Positions 11,919 through 24,867 of a stretch of 64,000 bases of DNA are shown one piece after another (position 1 is the first letter of the stretch; each line of letters starts with the position of its first letter). Origin of the DNA: Pachysolen tannophilus NRRL Y-2460. Lineage: Eukaryota. The notes under the pieces are model-generated. The model was not told the origin of the DNA, made no database searches, and saw only the letters and a program-made list of their open reading frames with translations. The position numbers and the translations under genes were made by a program. Location of the stretch: contig KV454012.1 of assembly GCA_001661245.1 (NCBI GenBank), forward strand, positions 340,147 through 404,146, read 5' to 3'.

Positions 11919-12524
11919 GATGCTATAAATGTTGAATTATAGTTGTTCCACCAAAGCGCCAAGTAACTCAAGCCAAAAATAAGCAAGATAATAGGAATTG
12001 AATGAATTAGAAAGAAAAAAATAAAAAATTTAAAAAAAAATTAGAAATTTAAAAATAAAAAAAAGTCCTGATCATATAATAGACAAAAAAACAAAAAAAC
12101 AAAAAAAGTTATAGTTTAGTTAGTAAAAGGTTGCCTTGCCTAAGGGCGCTAATTATATTTCTCTTTTATCCTTTTGTTAAAAAAAAAAGGAATTGAGTCA
12201 AAAATGAATAAAGTTCAAATTACTCACTATCACTATTGTTAATTAAAACTAAACTAAACCAATAATAATGTCAAGTAGGCAATTAGTGAGAAATAAATTA
12301 TTAATATAAATAATGAATTATAAAAATTGATCTAATCTTATGGGGGGGAGGGACCTAAAAGAATTTTTTCTTTCAACTTTCTTTTCGGGAACCAAGAAAA
12401 TGAGAAAAAATAAAATCTAAAAAAAAACTAAAAATTTATAAAAAAAAAACCCCAAAAAAGTAAACTATAATCACAAATCTAAACTTCAAGTTTAACTAAT
12501 ATACTCATCAACATAGATCTATCC

Positions 12525-12558
<34 letters not shown>

Positions 12559-13441
12559 CTATTGAAAAGAAAATTTTTCGAAACAAGAGAAAAAAAAAAA
12601 AATTTGACTTGAATTTAATTGCTTTTACTTGCCATGAAACTCGCTGGCAGATAAGTCTTAATGAAAAATCACTACATGTATTTCTTTTTACATAACAATT
12701 CCTAATTCTTTAGCGCCATAACCATAGTTCTTTTCCTTTATAGTACAAGTTACGAATTCGCGAACCCAAGGTAAAAATGCATTCAATTTAAATGCACAGC
12801 TTAAATTAGGCTGCATTTATAGTTTTTAGTAGTTCGCTTGCTTATAGAAAAAACGGTGCAATCTTTTTAAATTAGTTTTAGTGGAAAAGAAAAAAAAAAA
12901 AAAAAAAGCGAAAAAAAGAAAGAAAGCGTATAAAAAACGTTCTAGTCTAAAATAGAAGTTAAGATTTTGTTCTACTCCGATCGGCTAGTGGTGTCACTAG
13001 TAATATTATATAGAATAAAATTTTAATATACTATTTATATTTTAACAATTGCATGCAACGGATATATGTTTCGGTTTAGTTATTAGTCCTTTTTTTATAT
13101 ATATATATACTTTATTTATTAAAGCTGGTTGAGGTCAGAAAAGAGTTAAAATACCCGGAGAGGAGGGGTTGGATATTTTTATAAAAACGCACGCGTTTTT
13201 TAATTTTTTTAATTTGTGTGCTAGAAAGTAGTTTTTCCGCAGAAAAAAGAAGTAGAAGTAGAAGAAAAAAAAAAAAAATTTTTTTTTCTCTCGTACATTA
13301 TCATTTTATGTGAAAAAGAAAAAAAGAAAGAAAAAAAAAAACACTCAAAATTCACATACATACATACATTGCATATATTATCTTCTATATATGCTACCTA
13401 ACTATACTATATACTAGAAGATATATTTATATTTATATATA

Positions 13442-16400
13442 TTATTGTTTGCTTTGTTCTTTTAATTTTAAATACATTGCCATAATTTTTCTGCTTGGGA
13501 CTCTAACTGGCCAGAAATAACTGGCAAATACCCATAAATGTTTTTGGAATTTTTCTTGTTCTCGCTTTGGTTTGTTTATAGTTTCTTTGGCTATATGATC
13601 ACCAACAGTGATTAATTCTTTTTTCAAGATTTTAACCCATTGTCTCTTATCCAAACCGTTTGAACCTTTCTTTAAGATCCTTAGAGACTGTCTAACATCA
13701 TGTAAATTGTCCTTACAATTTTCTTCATCCATGCTTTCATATTCGGAATAATAAGGTTCAGGTTCCACTTGTTTGTGATTAATGTGATATTTCCCAGCTG
13801 AACCTAAAGTTGATGAAGTTTTCCCAGATTCAGAACGAGGAGGAGAATGGGCAGAAGATGAAGATTTTGTGTTTGCAGTCTTTGGTCTTGGTGTCAATTT
13901 ATTATGTTCGTCATCGGCTCCACTTCCACTACCTAATCCCACGCTACTAAGATCAGGAGTCTCGGATCTCTTGTTGATTTTCTTTACTCTTTTCCTTATT
14001 GGAGGAGTAGCAGAAGGAACAGAATTTTGTAAATCTTGCTCTTCTTTCAATAATCCATACAAGTAATCAAATCTTCTTGTAAGATGTACTGATCCAGGAG
14101 TTCTCTTGACGGTTTTAGACTCAGCACCACTACCTTGAATTTCATTACCATTTTCATCTTTGATTGGTGTAGCCTTGACTTTTGGATTATCCAAGAAAAT
14201 TTTATTACTTAATCTTAATAATGGATCATCCCTAATTTGGGCCCAAGATCCATGACCAAATTTGTATATACCAACAAGTAACATCGCATCATCCCTCTCT
14301 GTCCATTCACATGACCAAGTATGTACAGGTTTGGGATGAATAGTGAATCGGAAACTTAAAGGATCATCTTTTGGAATAACTGATTTTAACAATTTCATCT
14401 CATGAGGTCTTTGTAAAATCACTTCTGCATTCAATTTAGTGACTCCTTGATAATCAAATAGTATGGCCTTTTTAATTTCTTTCCGTCTCATCATCCACAA
14501 CGCCGTGGTGGAGGTACTATTACTGTTACTGTTAGTATTACCGTTGCTGTTACCGTTGTTATTGCTGTTGTTATTGCTGTTCGTCTCCGTATTATCCGCC
14601 GAAGTGTTGTTCATTCTCTCTTTCTGTTCTTGAGCACTCTTTTCAATATCAGCTAATCTTTTACTTCTACGATCTTCTTCAATAGCAACTAATTTTTGAG
14701 CTTCCGCAACCATTTCCGTATAACAATTCTTAAGCAAATCCAAATTCTTATTTGATAAAGTACCATCACCAATCAATTGATCCCACATCTCACTGATATC
14801 ACCCCATTTACCAATGGCACGGTAAATGGCACGAATCTCTCTTTCTGTAAGTTTATTAAACTCTTGATTTTGGGCTTGTTGGGCTTTTCTCTTCTTTGCT
14901 CTCATTTTTCTCTGTTCATCTTCATCATCTTCAAAATCATCCTCATCATTATTAGATTCATCCAAACTTCCCTGCATACTCTTTACCGCAGCTTTACGTC
15001 TAGAATACATTTGTATCTGTTGCTGTAAATAAGCATCATCCTCACGCTTTTTCTCTTCTTCTTTAAGCTTTTTCAATTCATCTTCAGGAATGATATCATC
15101 CCAATCAACATCAGCCTTATAATCAGTGACTTCAAATTGTTTCAAAAATTCTTCTCCACCAAGATTACTCTCACCCAAATCTGGAGTAGTAATATGATCT
15201 TCTGCATGATTTAAGACATCATCCAAATTCAAATCTTCCAATTTCTTCTGGTTATCACTTGCTTTAAACATGTTACCAGCACCAAATTTTAAGATTTCAC
15301 TCAACTCACCCGCAGATGGTTCATTCTTCTTACTTGCTTTGTTATTGTTATCCGCTATACCTAAAGATATAATGGCATATTCCAATATCATCTTTTTCCG
15401 AGCTTTTTCTAAAACCTGTTCTTCAACCGTATCTTTAGAGACAAATCTATAAACCATAACATGATTTTTTTGGCCAATTCTATGGGCTCTTGCCATAGCT
15501 TGTAAATCTGCTTGAGGATTCCAATCAGAATCAAAGATAATCACAGTATCTGCAGTCATCAAGTTTATACCTAAACCACCAGCTCTTGTAGATAATAAGA
15601 AAACAAAATCATTTGAACCATCTTGATTAAAATGGTCAATAGATATACGACGTTGGCTTGAAGGTACAGTACCATCCAACCTTTGAAACATATACCCCTT
15701 TATAGATAAATAATCACCCAAGATATCAAGCATTCTCACCATTTGCGAGAAAATCAAGACTCGATGACCATCTTTCTTCAATCTTGATAATAATTTGTCC
15801 AATAAAACCATTTTACCGGAAGACATTATTAATCCTTTCAATATATTCTCTCTAGAAGACGATCCGGCTCTTCTTAACACCAATTCCTCGGCATTATCAA
15901 ACAAATATGGGTGATTGGATGCTTTCTTCAACTCTGCCATGACATTTAAAAGCGATATTTGTGAACCTTTAATACCAGCATTTAAAGCAGCATAATTTTT
16001 GGTCAAGATATTTTTATAATATTGAGTTTGCATATCAGATAATTCAACTCTTAATATTCTCTCTGTCTTGGAAGGTAAAGATTTTTCGACATCTTTTTTC
16101 AATCTTCTTAAAATGAAGGGAGTAATTTTTTGTTGTAAATCTTTAATATATGTTTCTTGTTCGTCATCAGGTTTATCGAAATCAATTTCTTGTTCTATCT
16201 TGAATTTTCCTGGCATAAGAAAATTGACTAAAGCTGCTAATTCTTTAATATTATTTTGTAAAGGTGTACCTGTTATCAATAATCTGTTATTAACTTTGAA
16301 ATCTCTTAAGGATTCGTAAAGGGAAGATTCTGCATTTTTCAATCTATGAGCTTCATCGACTGCCAAGTACTGCCATTTAAACGCTCCTAGTTCAAACTTG

Positions 16401-17950
16401 TCTTTTAAAATATATTCGTAAGTAGTTAATAATACGTTAAATTTTGGTTTTTTGTTTGAAGTGTAAAATTCATAATCTCTTATGGTTTGTCTTGCCTTGG
16501 TATTACCTAAGTAGTAGACACAATTAACGTCTGGAGCCCATAATTCAAATGTTTCTTGCCATGCTGGAACTGTTGATAATGGCACCACTACGAGATGAGG
16601 ACCATTTTGTCTTCTTGCATAAATCAACCAACTTAAAAATGCTACAGTTTGAACAGTTTTACCTAAACCCATTTCATCAGCTAAAATTCCATTTTCATTT
16701 CTTGACCATAAGAAAGCCATCCAATTCAAACCTGTCAATTGGAAATCTCTCAATTCTCCATTTTTCACAAACAGTGGTTGTGTCAACAATTTTTCAAAAC
16801 GAGGCCTATTATCACCATAATGAGCAGAGAAATGAGGTAGTATTTTTGAATTTTGTCTACTTTGGAATTGCAGGACTCTTTCAGGAGCAATTTTTGCTAT
16901 ATCATCTGCCAATTCCCAAGTACATTCATCATAGTTTAATCTTTTCCATTTACAGAAATATTTTAAAGTAGAAGTACCATCTTCTTCAACAATTCTTTCA
17001 CTATCAACGATTCTTTCTACTTTTGTATATTCAGAAGCTTCATCCCTTCGTCTTTCCTTCTCTAAATCCATACTTTCAAGATCTTCTCTTGTAATATAAG
17101 GATCACTTCTAATTTCATGATCATAAATGATATATTGTTTGATATAATTATCAACTTTTTTAATACCTCTTAAATTTTGTAAATTTTCATAAGTTTCAAA
17201 AGTATTATGCAAATGAGATTTATCCATCCATTTAATTTTAAATTCATAATCTTTTTTGGGATCACCAATCTCCTTAATAGTTGAAGAATCATCATCATCT
17301 TTAGATCCTATTAATCTACTGTCCATTACTTGATCTATTTGCAAATCCTCTTGGGTCTGGTTTTCATAATAATATCCACCTTCATAATATCCCTCTGCAG
17401 CATTTCCATCATATTCGTCCTCTTCACTTTCTAATAAATCACTATCATCATCATAATCCACAGCATAATTAACAGTCTTGTTATTTCTTGAAGAAAACCT
17501 AATTTCAGCAGGAGTTGTTGAAGATGATTTCTTATTTTTCGATTTCAATTTTGTTTTTGATTTTGTTTTTGATTTCCTAGTATTATTATTATGATGATGA
17601 TTACTATTAGTATTATTATTATTAGTATTATTATGGGAGTTGGATTTCCCCTTTTTAACGCGTTTACTACCACTCCTCGAACCAGTACCTATAAACTCAT
17701 CATCATCATCATCATCAACGACAAAATCGTCCATTGGTTCATCTTCAAGATCCCCATCTTCCTCGTCATTATCGTCATAATCGTCATAATCTTTTTGTAC
17801 TCCATTTTGTTTCTTAGATCTTTTTCTTGGACGATCATCTACGTCATCATCAGATATATCCGCCATTGTAGTAATCGGTATATGAGGACGACTAGATCTT
17901 CTTAATCCATACAATTCAGGATTTTGAAGAACTTCACTTCGGAAACTCAT
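13442..17950 (-). CDS. CHD1: Chromodomain helicase chromatin remodeller
   Basis: [15 protein letters not shown]-terminus, two chromodomains, SNF2 motifs ([37 protein letters not shown]), SANT/SLIDE-like region. First ATG at 17950. Confidence 0.97.
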   Translation of the reverse strand: MSFRSEVLQNPELYGLRRSSRPHIPITTMADISDDDVDDRPRKRSKKQNGVQKDYDDYDDNDEEDGDLEDEPMDDFVVDDDDDDEFIGTGSRSGSKRVKKGKSNSHNNTNNNNTNSNHHHNNNTRKSKTKSKTKLKSKNKKSSSTTPAEIRFSSRNNKTVNYAVDYDDDSDLLESEEDEYDGNAAEGYYEGGYYYENQTQEDLQIDQVMDSRLIGSKDDDDSSTIKEIGDPKKDYEFKIKWMDKSHLHNTFETYENLQNLRGIKKVDNYIKQYIIYDHEIRSDPYITREDLESMDLEKERRRDEASEYTKVERIVDSERIVEEDGTSTLKYFCKWKRLNYDECTWELADDIAKIAPERVLQFQSRQNSKILPHFSAHYGDNRPRFEKLLTQPLFVKNGELRDFQLTGLNWMAFLWSRNENGILADEMGLGKTVQTVAFLSWLIYARRQNGPHLVVVPLSTVPAWQETFELWAPDVNCVYYLGNTKARQTIRDYEFYTSNKKPKFNVLLTTYEYILKDKFELGAFKWQYLAVDEAHRLKNAESSLYESLRDFKVNNRLLITGTPLQNNIKELAALVNFLMPGKFKIEQEIDFDKPDDEQETYIKDLQQKITPFILRRLKKDVEKSLPSKTERILRVELSDMQTQYYKNILTKNYAALNAGIKGSQISLLNVMAELKKASNHPYLFDNAEELVLRRAGSSSRENILKGLIMSSGKMVLLDKLLSRLKKDGHRVLIFSQMVRMLDILGDYLSIKGYMFQRLDGTVPSSQRRISIDHFNQDGSNDFVFLLSTRAGGLGINLMTADTVIIFDSDWNPQADLQAMARAHRIGQKNHVMVYRFVSKDTVEEQVLEKARKKMILEYAIISLGIADNNNKASKKNEPSAGELSEILKFGAGNMFKASDNQKKLEDLNLDDVLNHAEDHITTPDLGESNLGGEEFLKQFEVTDYKADVDWDDIIPEDELKKLKEEEKKREDDAYLQQQIQMYSRRKAAVKSMQGSLDESNNDEDDFEDDEDEQRKMRAKKRKAQQAQNQEFNKLTEREIRAIYRAIGKWGDISEMWDQLIGDGTLSNKNLDLLKNCYTEMVAEAQKLVAIEEDRRSKRLADIEKSAQEQKERMNNTSADNTETNSNNNSNNNGNSNGNTNSNSNSTSTTALWMMRRKEIKKAILFDYQGVTKLNAEVILQRPHEMKLLKSVIPKDDPLSFRFTIHPKPVHTWSCEWTERDDAMLLVGIYKFGHGSWAQIRDDPLLRLSNKIFLDNPKVKATPIKDENGNEIQGSGAESKTVKRTPGSVHLTRRFDYLYGLLKEEQDLQNSVPSATPPIRKRVKKINKRSETPDLSSVGLGSGSGADDEHNKLTPRPKTANTKSSSSAHSPPRSESGKTSSTLGSAGKYHINHKQVEPEPYYSEYESMDEENCKDNLHDVRQSLRILKKGSNGLDKRQWVKILKKELITVGDHIAKETINKPKREQEKFQKHLWVFASYFWPVRVPSRKIMAMYLKLKEQSKQ

Positions 17951-19668
17951 TCTCTTCGATATAATAGACTGCAATCTGTCTCAGCCAACTTTCTAATTTC
18001 AAATTCTTTAGTATAATCCTAAAGATTATTTACTATATAAATATATAGAAATTTTTCACAATAAAGAAAGAAAAAGAGAGAGAAAAAAAATCTCACTCAA
18101 GAAAAAATTAAATCTATTTTTATGGGAAAACCGTTTTTTTAAAAAAAAAAATGAAGCCAAAAAAAAATAAAAAAAACGAATAGTCGAAAATATAAAATCA
18201 ATCTTTGATTTATTATGATTAGTTGATGGATTGATCGTTTTAAAAATTCATAAACAAGTATTTACTCTGTAGTTACTTATTTATTATTTTCTTTTTTTTT
18301 TTTTTCCTAAATTTTTAAATTTTTTTTTTTTTTTCCTTTTTTTTTTTATGTGAACCGACAACTACACAGGATGGAAAAAAAAGATTTTTTTTTCCCGACA
18401 ACAAAAGTTACAATGTGACAAAGCCTTTAATTGGGTCTTGTATCAATTTTCTTTCACCTACAACTGAGTATAAACTTGATATTTTTTTTTTTAAAAAAAA
18501 TTAATCCTGTTTTTCCACTGAAAAAAAAAAAAAATCATGAGAACAACTATATAACTAAAAAATCAAAAAAGAAAAAGAAGAAAAAAAAAAATTAATTGTC
18601 TATATAAACAGTAATTGCTTTACAACGTTAACATGCTGTGCTTTTAGTTTTTCAATTTTGTATCTTTCCGATGTAGTACACGAGAACTTGGGTTAAAGCC
18701 TGAAAGCCTTACCCCGCCCACGAACCGACCAAACCGATAAAAACAATCAAAATTTATCACCAGTAAGTAACATACAAACAACTAAATCCTTTTAAATTGT
18801 TCATATGTATACTAAAATAAAACTTTGATCAAATCAATAACTTTGTGAAAAGGGAAACAAAAAAACCCTCGCAGTGGAAAAAGTACCTGCATTTCGCTAA
18901 ATCAAATATGAAACCATACAGAGTAAAACAACAATCAAACCAAACCCAAACCCAAAAGAAAAACAAACGCAAACGTAACCAAACCACAAGAATAAAATTA
19001 CTATCTGAAACAAGACTTCATAAATAGAAAAATATTCTTTAAATCAAAAAAAAAAATCTTCAAATCAAATCCCTTAATAAACCAAAATTATTACGTACCC
19101 TTAAAAAGCGAAAAAAAAAAAAATTCTAAAATTTTTATAGAGATAAACAAAATCCTAATGTTAAAAAGGAAATTTATGATTAAAAAAACAAGTTTTTTGC
19201 GGGAGATTCAACCCTTTTTATACCATTTCTGCAATAAAAACTTACTGACACGTGGTATTTGACCCACTCACTAACACGCACTGACAGAAATATTAATCAA
19301 ACAATCATATATATATGATTATTCATATGGATATGGTCAAAGATTACTGAAATTTTACAATTCTGACAACAATTCATGTCCCATACTACTCTGGATTTAA
19401 TTACTGTAATCTATAAACAAAATTGTACAAAAATTGGGTATTGGATATCTTCCCGCCAATGAAATCGCTGTATTTACTAATCCCATAGTGACTGGTTTTA
19501 CACACTTCCCATATTATTTCTCATCACTACCAAGTTTGTATGGGAAAACAACACAAAATTCACAATTTTTAGGGGCTGTCGTGTGGTTGAAACACAAAAG
19601 TCTCAATTCGAAAAAAGAAACAAAAAAAAAATTTTCTTTTTTTTGTTTCTTTTTTCTAACACTCTCTG

Positions 19669-19678
19669 TGAAAAATTT
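19669..19678 (+). promoter_or_regulatory. RRPE ribosome-biogenesis element upstream of RLI1
   Basis: TGAAAAATTT followed by a (TA)n tract; fits an RLI1 promoter located left of the flipped segment. Confidence 0.55.
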
Positions 19679-19691
19679 CTCTCTACTGAAA

Positions 19692-19722
<31 letters not shown>

Positions 19723-19744
19723 TAAGATAATATTTGAACAACAA

Positions 19745-19780
19745 GGAAACAATAGCAATACGTGTATTTTTATCACTCAT
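19745..19780 (-). CDS. RLI1: Inverted N-terminal 12 codons of RLI1 (MSDKNTRIAIVS)
   Basis: Reverse complement reads AATAAAGA ATG AGT GAT AAA AAT ACA CGT ATT GCT ATT GTT TCC, the conserved ABCE1/Rli1 N-terminus missing from the + strand ORF. Confidence 0.93.
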
Positions 19781-19915
19781 TCTTTATTCTCTTGCCTTTC
19801 TATCGAAGAAACTTATTTAAAAAACAAAAAAAGACACCCCAACTTCTTATAATTACTAACTGCTTTTTTATTTTTCAATAATTACACAGTTCTTGCTTGT
19901 CCTATAAAAGTGATA

Positions 19916-21700
19916 ACAGATAAGTGTAAACCCAAAAAATGTCGTCAAGAATGTCGAAAGTCTTGTCCGGTTAATAAAACAGGTAAATTGTGTATTGAGG
20001 TGACACCAGCAGATAAGATTGCGTTTGTTTCTGAGGTATTATGTATTGGGTGTGGTATTTGTGTTAAAAAATGTCCATTTGATGCATTGACAATTATTAA
20101 TTTACCAACAAATTTGGATAGTGAAGTTACCCATAGATATTCTGCAAATTCTTTTAAATTACATAGGTTACCTACACCAAGACCGGGACAAGTGTTGGGG
20201 TTAGTTGGTAGTAATGGTATTGGTAAATCAACAGCATTAAAGATTTTAGCAGGAAAACAAAAACCAAATTTAGGAAGGTATGATGATCCACCAGATTGGG
20301 AAGTAATTTTAAAATATTTTAGAGGTTCAGAATTACAAAATTATTTTACCAAAATTTTGGAAGATAATATTAAAGCAATAATTAAACCACAATATGTTGA
20401 TAATATTCCAAGAGCTATAAAAGGTCCAGTAAATAAAGTTGGTGAATTATTGACAGCTAAATTAGAACGTAAAGAACTGGGAAAGAAAATCGTTGATGTC
20501 TTGGAATTAAAACCTGTTTGGAAAAGAGAAATTTCTAAATTATCAGGTGGTGAATTACAAAGATTTGCAATAGGTATGGCATGTGTTCAAGATGCTAATG
20601 TTTATATGTTTGATGAACCTTCATCATATCTTGATGTTAAACAACGTCTTAATGCTGCAGAAATTATTAGATCATTATTACAACCTTCAGTATATGTCAT
20701 TGTTGTTGAGCACGATTTATCTGTCTTGGATTATTTGTCAGATTTTGTTTGTATTTTATATGGTGTTCCATCTGTTTATGGTGTTGTTACATTACCATCT
20801 TCTGTAAGAGAAGGTATTAATATTTTCTTGGATGGTCATATACCAACTGAAAATTTAAGATTTAGACATGAATCTTTACAATTTAGACTTTCTGATGCAT
20901 CAGATAATTTAATTATTGATCAATCAAGATCATTTTCTTATTCATCAATGAAAAAAACTCAAGGTGATTTCCATTTAAAAATTGAAGCTGGTGAATTTAA
21001 TGATTCCGAAATCTTGGTTATGATGGGTGAAAATGGTACAGGAAAAACTACATTTTGTAGATTATTAGCAGGTGCCATAGAACCAGATGAAGGTACAAAA
21101 GCACCTAAATTAAACGTTTCAATGAAACCACAAAAAATTGCACCAAAATTCACAGGAACAGTTAGACAATTGTTTTTAAAAAGAATCAGAGCATCTTTCT
21201 TACATCCTCAATTTAATACCGATGTTCTTAAACCTTTAAGAATAGATGATATTATTGATCAAGAAGTTCAACATTTATCCGGTGGTGAATTACAAAGAGT
21301 TGCTGTTGTCATGGCATTAGGTGCCCAAGCAGATATTTATTTGATTGATGAACCTTCTGCTTATTTGGATTCTGAACAACGTATTATCTGTTCTAAAGTT
21401 ATCCGTAGATTTATTATTCATTCCAAGAAAACTGCTTTTGTTGTAGAACACGATTTCATCATGGCCACATATTTGGCTGATAAAGTCATAGTTTTCGAAG
21501 GTACACCTTCAAAAGATGCCACTGCAAGAAAACCAGAAAGTTTATTAACAGGTTGTAATAGATTTTTGAAAAACTTGAATGTTACTTTCAGAAGAGATCC
21601 AAATTCGTTTAGACCAAGAATCAATAAATTGGACTCTCAAATGGATAAAGAGCAGAAATTGGCAGGAAATTATTTCTTCTTGGACAACACATCATTATGA
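19916..21700 (+). CDS. RLI1: ABCE1 Fe-S ABC ATPase (ribosome recycling), body lacking its start codon in this orientation
   Basis: [12 protein letters not shown]...[13 protein letters not shown]e-S domain, two NBDs ([26 protein letters not shown] twice), FRPRINK. Confidence 0.97.
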   Translation, partial: TDKCKPKKCRQECRKSCPVNKTGKLCIEVTPADKIAFVSEVLCIGCGICVKKCPFDALTIINLPTNLDSEVTHRYSANSFKLHRLPTPRPGQVLGLVGSNGIGKSTALKILAGKQKPNLGRYDDPPDWEVILKYFRGSELQNYFTKILEDNIKAIIKPQYVDNIPRAIKGPVNKVGELLTAKLERKELGKKIVDVLELKPVWKREISKLSGGELQRFAIGMACVQDANVYMFDEPSSYLDVKQRLNAAEIIRSLLQPSVYVIVVEHDLSVLDYLSDFVCILYGVPSVYGVVTLPSSVREGINIFLDGHIPTENLRFRHESLQFRLSDASDNLIIDQSRSFSYSSMKKTQGDFHLKIEAGEFNDSEILVMMGENGTGKTTFCRLLAGAIEPDEGTKAPKLNVSMKPQKIAPKFTGTVRQLFLKRIRASFLHPQFNTDVLKPLRIDDIIDQEVQHLSGGELQRVAVVMALGAQADIYLIDEPSAYLDSEQRIICSKVIRRFIIHSKKTAFVVEHDFIMATYLADKVIVFEGTPSKDATARKPESLLTGCNRFLKNLNVTFRRDPNSFRPRINKLDSQMDKEQKLAGNYFFLDNTSL

Positions 21701-21917
21701 ACCATTTAAAAATGATTAATATAGCTTTTCTCTTCATTTTGGTTCTATAAAATGTACTAGAATATGTGATCTGATAAAGTAAAAAATTGGCTTTGTGGTC
21801 GTTGCAGAGCGAAAAATTTTTCAAAAAAATTTAAAAAAATTTAAAAAAAAAAAAATTTTTTTAGAGTCCGAAAATGGCAGACGGACAAAAAAAAAAAGTT
21901 TTTCCATTACTTTTTAT

Positions 21918-21924
21918 CGGGTAA
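21918..21924 (+). promoter_or_regulatory. Reb1-type site between RLI1 and PAB1
   Basis: CGGGTAA exact match to the Reb1 core. Confidence 0.4.
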
Positions 21925-22062
21925 ATAGTATAAAGTAAAAATTTCGGAAAAATAAATAATTTTTAAACAAAATTGTTTGGTAGTGTGCAGAAGCACAATT
22001 AAATGTAATCACATAGACAGCCCTCAAATTATTTAAAAATTAGAAACAAAAGAGGCTTTATA

Positions 22063-22140
<78 letters not shown>
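22063..22140 (+). repeat. Perfect (AAT)26 microsatellite upstream of PAB1
   Basis: 78 nt uninterrupted AAT run. Confidence 0.95.
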
Positions 22141-22586
22141 TATAAATGGTAATCAGTAATGATAAAATGATAATAAAGTAAACTAAAATACAAGAAACTT
22201 TTCTTTCTTCTTTTTATAGAAACCCCACTATTAAGCAAATGCAACTTTCAAGTAAAATAAAATAAAATAAAATAAAATAAAAAAAAAAAATTAAAAAGAA
22301 AAAAAAATAAAAAAAAACGCCGTCAAAATCACAAAAAAAAAATCTATCTTTTTCTTTCATTGCTTTCTCATTCACAGTTGCATTAAAACTCATTTTAATT
22401 AAACATATAATAATATATATTCCAATTATAGTTTTATTTGAATTCAATATATTCTCATATATATTACTCAAATTAATAACTTTTATATATATACTTATAT
22501 AAAAATTAAAAAAAAAAAAAAAAATAAAGAAAAAAAACTTTTAAAAAAAATTAGAAAAACCTAATAAAAAAATATATAATATAATA

Positions 22587-24473
22587 ATGTCAACCACCCA
22601 AGATTCAGCCAAGGAAGTTCAAGAGAAACTTGAAGGCTTATCCCTTTCATCAGACGCCGCTTCCTCTGCCACTCCTGCTGCTACCGAGGAAACCCCATCC
22701 ACTTCTACTGAAGATACTTCAAAAGTTGTTGAAAATTCTGCTTCATTATATGTTGGTGAATTAGATCCAAGTGTTAATGAATCTGAATTATTTGAAGTTT
22801 TTTCTCCAATTGGTCAAGTCTCTTCGATCCGTGTTTGTCGTGATGCTGTCACTAAGCGCTCTTTAGGTTATGCTTATGTCAATTTTCAAGATGTTAAAGA
22901 TGGTGAACGTGCTTTGGAAGAATTAAATTATACTCCAATTAAAGGTAGACCTTGTCGTATTATGTGGTCTCAACGTGATCCTGCATTACGTAAAAATGGT
23001 GCTGGTAATATTTTCATTAAGAATTTACATCCAGCTATTGATAATAAGACTTTACATGATACTTTTTCTGCTTTTGGTAACATTTTATCTTGTAAAGTTG
23101 CTACAGATGAATTGGGTAATTCAAAAGGTTTTGGGTTTGTTCATTATGAAACAGCAGAAGCTGCTCAAGCCGCCATTGAAAATGTTAATGGAATGTTATT
23201 AAATGACCGTGAAGTTTATGTTGGTCCTCATGTTTCTAAAAGAGAACGTGAATCCAAATTTGAAGATTTAAAGGCAAATTTTACAAATATTTATGTTAAA
23301 AATATTGATTTAGAAGTTAGTGAAGAAACTTTTAAAAGTTTATTTGAACCATATGGTAATATAACTTCAATTTATATTGAATACGATTCAGATGGTAAAT
23401 CTAGAGGTTTTGGTTTTGTTAATTTTGAAAATCATGAAGATGCTCAAAGAGCTGTTGAAGAATTAAATGATAAAGAAGTTAATGGTAAAAAAATTTATGT
23501 TGGACGTGCTCAAAAGAAAAGAGAACGTTTAGAAGAATTGAAAAAACAATATGAAGCTGCTCGTTTAGAAAAATTATCAAAATATCAAGGTGTTAATTTA
23601 TTTGTTAAAAATTTGGATGATACCATTGATGATGAAAAATTACAAGCTGAATTTGAACCTTTTGGTACTATTACTTCAGTTAAAGTTATGACTGATGATC
23701 AAGCTAAATCTAAAGGTTTTGGTTTTGTTTGTTTTTCATCTCCAGAAGAAGCTTCAAAAGCATTGGCTGAAATGAACCAGAGAATGGTTGCAGGTAAGCC
23801 ATTGTATGTTGCCTTGGCTCAACGTAAAGATGTTAGACGTCAACAATTGGAACAACAAATTCAAGCTCGTAACCAAATGAGAATGCAACAAGCTGCTGCC
23901 TCTGGAATTCCAAGTCAATTTATTAATCCAATGTTTTATGGTCAAGCTGCTCAACAACCAGGTTTCTTACCACCAAATGCTAGAGGTAATGCTCCATTTG
24001 CCGGTGGTCCAAACCCTCAAATGATGATGCAACAAGGTATTCCAAGACCTGCACAAATTCCAATTCCACAAGGTCAATTTAACCGTGCTCCAAATGGTCA
24101 ACCTTTACCAGTTTATGGTATGCCACCTGTATTCAATAATGTTCCACAACAACGTTATTACAACAATAGAAACCAAGGTGGTCCAAGAAGACCACAAAAC
24201 CAACAAATTAAGCCAGAAGAAGGTACTTCTTTAGCTTCAATTTTACCTCAATATCCACCAGAACAACAAAAGAGAATGTTGGGTGAAGAATTGTATCCAA
24301 AAATTGTCAACACTGGTAAAGCCACAGATGCTGAAGCTGCCGGTAAGATTACAGGTATGATGTTAGATTTAGAGAATGATGAAATTTTAGCTTTATTGAG
24401 CGATGATAAATTATTTGAATCCCATTTTAATGATGCCTTAGCTGCATACCAACAATACAAAGCTGAAAAATAA
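22587..24473 (+). CDS. PAB1: Poly(A)-binding protein
   Basis: Four RRMs ([41 protein letters not shown]), Q/P-rich linker, MLLE/PABC domain (LGEELYPK...[10 protein letters not shown]). Confidence 0.98.
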   Translation: MSTTQDSAKEVQEKLEGLSLSSDAASSATPAATEETPSTSTEDTSKVVENSASLYVGELDPSVNESELFEVFSPIGQVSSIRVCRDAVTKRSLGYAYVNFQDVKDGERALEELNYTPIKGRPCRIMWSQRDPALRKNGAGNIFIKNLHPAIDNKTLHDTFSAFGNILSCKVATDELGNSKGFGFVHYETAEAAQAAIENVNGMLLNDREVYVGPHVSKRERESKFEDLKANFTNIYVKNIDLEVSEETFKSLFEPYGNITSIYIEYDSDGKSRGFGFVNFENHEDAQRAVEELNDKEVNGKKIYVGRAQKKRERLEELKKQYEAARLEKLSKYQGVNLFVKNLDDTIDDEKLQAEFEPFGTITSVKVMTDDQAKSKGFGFVCFSSPEEASKALAEMNQRMVAGKPLYVALAQRKDVRRQQLEQQIQARNQMRMQQAAASGIPSQFINPMFYGQAAQQPGFLPPNARGNAPFAGGPNPQMMMQQGIPRPAQIPIPQGQFNRAPNGQPLPVYGMPPVFNNVPQQRYYNNRNQGGPRRPQNQQIKPEEGTSLASILPQYPPEQQKRMLGEELYPKIVNTGKATDAEAAGKITGMMLDLENDEILALLSDDKLFESHFNDALAAYQQYKAEK

Positions 24474-24867
24474 GCATTTGTAAAATTCTAAAGCTTTATT
24501 TTTCACCTTTTTTTTTTTTNTTTTTTTTTTTTTTTTTTTTTTTTTGTAGTATATATATAATTGTTATTTTTTTTGATTTTTGAATTTTGAAAGATTTATT
24601 TGAATATATATAAAAAAAGGAAACAATTTTTTGTAGAATTAAGATAGAGTTCAAGATTAAATTAATAATTATTTCATCTATTTTTGATCTCTATTTGATA
24701 AACGTTGTTGATAATCTCTATTTTTAAAGAGAAGAAAATTCGTGTATCCGATAACGAAAGAAGAAGCTTTTATAAATTAAAAAATTACATGCTCTGCTGG
24801 GCCTTCTCATCATTAACAAATAAAATATAGACTTTTCATATATATCAAACTATTTGAGTTTTGAAAG

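Noticed and set aside
19854..19889. TACTAAC...CAG on the + strand, suggesting that RLI1 simply has a 5' intron
   Set aside because: I found no upstream + strand exon encoding an Rli1-like N-terminus with a donor. Splicing here would add non-conserved LACPIKVI, whereas the true N-terminus is present intact on the minus strand.
19770..19916. 8-bp inverted repeat TTATCACT/AGTGATAA as recombination sites for the RLI1 flip
   Set aside because: Inverting between these gives ATG AGT GAT AAC AGA TAA (immediate stop) and leaves RIAIVS outside, so they do not define the junctions.
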